Assembly (NCBI GenBank): GCA_963803705.1
Contig: CAWDNU010000004.1
Span: 864,001 to 928,000, forward strand
Origin: an uncultured Pseudobdellovibrionaceae bacterium
GTDB taxonomy: Bacteria; Bdellovibrionota; Bdellovibrionia; Bdellovibrionales; UBA1609
Length of the DNA stretch: 64,000 nt
Direction: 5' to 3'
Of this stretch, positions 62,018 through 64,000 are shown one piece after another (the stretch's first letter is position 1; the number at the start of each line of letters is the position of its first letter). Position numbers and translations under genes: made by a program. Under the pieces are notes generated by a model. The model was not told where the DNA came from and made no database searches. It saw nothing but the letters and a program-made list of their open reading frames with translations.

Positions 62018-63268
62018 ATGAAATATTTAATTTTAACATTTTTTAGTTTGTTCACACAGCTTAGCCTAGCGATTTCACCTACTTTGTGTGAAGGCTACTT
62101 AGCTGGACAAGATATAGTTAGACCTCTGGCAACTGTGATTTCAAAATTAAAATTACCTACTCAAAAATCACCAAAAAGTCGATCAGGGGTTGACCCAACA
62201 GCTGCACTTCTAAAATCATTAAATTTCTTTCGATCTAATTTAGAATTACTGCAAGGTGGCCCTGAACTTTTCAGAATTTTTGAGTCAGGTGATAAATTAA
62301 ATGAAGATCAATTTAAATCAAGATTGGCTGAATGGGCCAAAAGCAACTTACAAGGCTACAAGCTTATTTATTTAGATGAAGTTACTGCTTATAAATTTTC
62401 TAACAGGTATTTAAACCAAAATATTCCAATTTACGATTTCGATCAGGGCTTACTAGACGACAAGTTTTTGTTTGAACTTTATGCTGACCGAAAAATCCCG
62501 ATTTTGAATGTGGACGACCTAGTTTCTAAAATTTTGATATTAGCGCAGCCAAAACTTAGATCTGAATTTGAACGTTTAGTTAGGTTGTATCAAAAAGCTC
62601 AGGCTTTAGGTGATCAGACATTGCAAGATCAACTTCAGGTACGTACTTCCAGGTCTCAAATTTATTCGGATTCAAACCGTCTAGAATATATTTCAATTAT
62701 TTTGGGTTTTCTATTGGATCAGATAGTTTTCTTAAGTCCAGATAGTGGCGGTAAACATAAACTAGTATTATTCGGATCTAAAAATTTAAACATATTTGCT
62801 CAAAACCAATTAACATCTATACCCCAGGATTTAGCCCCAGCTATTGATTTGAGTCTTGTTAGATATGCTCCTGCCCTAAGTTATTTTGAAGAGCAATGTG
62901 ATTCAAATAATCTTGCCGTACCTGATTTTTTTTCTTTTCTGGTCCAAATAAGAATATTAAACAGACCAGGTTCAAATCATTTGCGGCTGCCAGTTCTTGC
63001 GCACAACACTATGAATCAGCTTTTATCCGGCATCAGCTTGGTTATGGTACGCTCTAACTTTGAATCTAGACGATTAAATGACCAAGGCCTTCAGGCCTGG
63101 TTAAGGCTTTCAAGCTTCTTAAATGGTGAAACAGAATTACCCATTCAACAATTGCTTAAGTATGGTTTTCGTTTTGAAATGATAAAACATTATATACAAA
63201 TTGTAGAAACAGATATCGCGAAAGACGAAGGGTTAAGTCGCGTAGGTCCGGGGCCTTTGTTCGAATAG
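62018..63268 (+). CDS. Hypothetical secreted protein with N-terminal CEGYL
   Basis: Signal peptide (SLA), 416 aa. Confidence 0.75.
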   Translation: MKYLILTFFSLFTQLSLAISPTLCEGYLAGQDIVRPLATVISKLKLPTQKSPKSRSGVDPTAALLKSLNFFRSNLELLQGGPELFRIFESGDKLNEDQFKSRLAEWAKSNLQGYKLIYLDEVTAYKFSNRYLNQNIPIYDFDQGLLDDKFLFELYADRKIPILNVDDLVSKILILAQPKLRSEFERLVRLYQKAQALGDQTLQDQLQVRTSRSQIYSDSNRLEYISIILGFLLDQIVFLSPDSGGKHKLVLFGSKNLNIFAQNQLTSIPQDLAPAIDLSLVRYAPALSYFEEQCDSNNLAVPDFFSFLVQIRILNRPGSNHLRLPVLAHNTMNQLLSGISLVMVRSNFESRRLNDQGLQAWLRLSSFLNGETELPIQQLLKYGFRFEMIKHYIQIVETDIAKDEGLSRVGPGPLFE

Positions 63269-63455
63269 ACCACCTTCCTGGCTTTATGGTGCCTAATCCC
63301 GGATTTTGAAACAGAGGGTTTTATTGGTGACAATTTAGGCTCCAGCTTAACACTCTTGTAAGATTTTATGTGCTCTTCTGCGAATGAACCAACTCTTATA
63401 ACTGATTTATTGAGCACACGTCTTGCACTTTATAGACTAATAATGGGAGCTCTAC

Positions 63456-64000
63456 ATGTCTTTAAATAAGTCTTTATCAGTGGTCTTTGTCCTTAACCTT
63501 GTTTTTACCATAACCTCCCATGCGGCAGATCTTTGTCAGTCCTATCTCAATCAGCCCTCAAAAACAGATTCTAAAACTTTAGCTGTGGTTGCTAAGACCT
63601 ACCCTGATTTATCTAAACGCCAACGAACTATGCTATTAGCTCGCACAGAAAGAACAACCCTTGAAGCCCTAGAGCAAGATTATTTGATAGAACTTATGGA
63701 ACTAGAGATTATCCATTCAAAGTTTTTTAAAGCTACTTACGATTCGGTGAGCTGGATTACATCGCCAGCTCAATTAGCACTATTTACCCCTCAAGAGGTC
63801 CAACAGTTAGCAGTGAGAATTTATCAACGTATGGACCGCTCTTTTGAAGATAAAGATGCTGGAATAAAGGCGTTGAGCAACGTTGTGAAAGCTAGAGAGC
63901 TTTTTATGAAGCTGCCCTCCGAGTATGTTATAGATAAAATTGGAGAGGCTTTGACTTTAACTGGAGTCAAAGGCAAATTTTTAAGATATCAGGAAGAAAT
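63456..64000 (+). CDS. Hypothetical secreted protein with N-terminal CQSYL, runs off window end
   Basis: Manual translation: GGGAG RBS, MSLNKSLSVVFVLNLVFTITSHA-ADLCQSYLNQ..., open to 64000. Confidence 0.75.
   Translation, partial: MSLNKSLSVVFVLNLVFTITSHAADLCQSYLNQPSKTDSKTLAVVAKTYPDLSKRQRTMLLARTERTTLEALEQDYLIELMELEIIHSKFFKATYDSVSWITSPAQLALFTPQEVQQLAVRIYQRMDRSFEDKDAGIKALSNVVKARELFMKLPSEYVIDKIGEALTLTGVKGKFLRYQEE

Noticed and set aside
62920..63060. Fic-like spacing in the 416-aa protein (QIRILNRPGSNH...MNQLL)
   Set aside because: HPFxxGNGR motif absent; only a structure search could rescue it
63190..63417. 75-aa minus-strand ORF
   Set aside because: Overlaps the 62018 gene end and the next promoter region; no motif
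1..64000. CRISPR arrays, tRNA/rRNA, tmRNA near smpB, prophage or integrase
   Set aside because: No regularly spaced repeats or recognisable RNA/phage signatures seen by eye; a covariance-model scan was not possible

Overview
AT-rich bacterial chromosomal window. The gene content and protein style point to a Bdellovibrionota (Bdellovibrionales-like) organism; this is an inference. Bases 1-23.6 kb hold the minus-strand dcw cluster (mraZ-rsmH-ftsL-ftsI | murE-murF-mraY-murD-ftsW-murG-murC-murB-ddl | ftsQ-ftsA-ftsZ-lpxH). It is interrupted twice: by an opposite-strand formate/nitrite-family channel and by a tandem pair of paralogous uncharacterised outer-membrane proteins. Bases 23.6-55 kb hold housekeeping and envelope genes: tdk, hpt, dacB, a peptide ABC binding protein, an lspA fusion, dsbD, an RluB-like synthase, frameshifted smpB, rsmA, tsaD, cpoB, pal, a large peptidase/propeller/barrel OMP, an aminotransferase, coaD, rsmD, a two-component pair, rsmE, prmA, fliW-csrA-flgM-like, a lytic transglycosylase and a split aspartokinase. 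Bases 55.6-64 kb are accessory: an ankyrin-lipoprotein operon, a run of secreted orphan proteins and an IS remnant. The most notable observations are (1) a terminal C-[EQ]-x-[FYL]-[LY] motif shared by otherwise unrelated neighbouring secreted proteins, (2) a 64-bp inverted repeat enclosing a sigma54-type promoter (candidate invertible switch or hairpin RNA), (3) the paralogous OMP pair inside dcw, and (4) a flgM-csrA-fliW block lacking flgN/K/L, with a hairpin covering the csrA start. I saw no rRNA, tRNA or CRISPR array.
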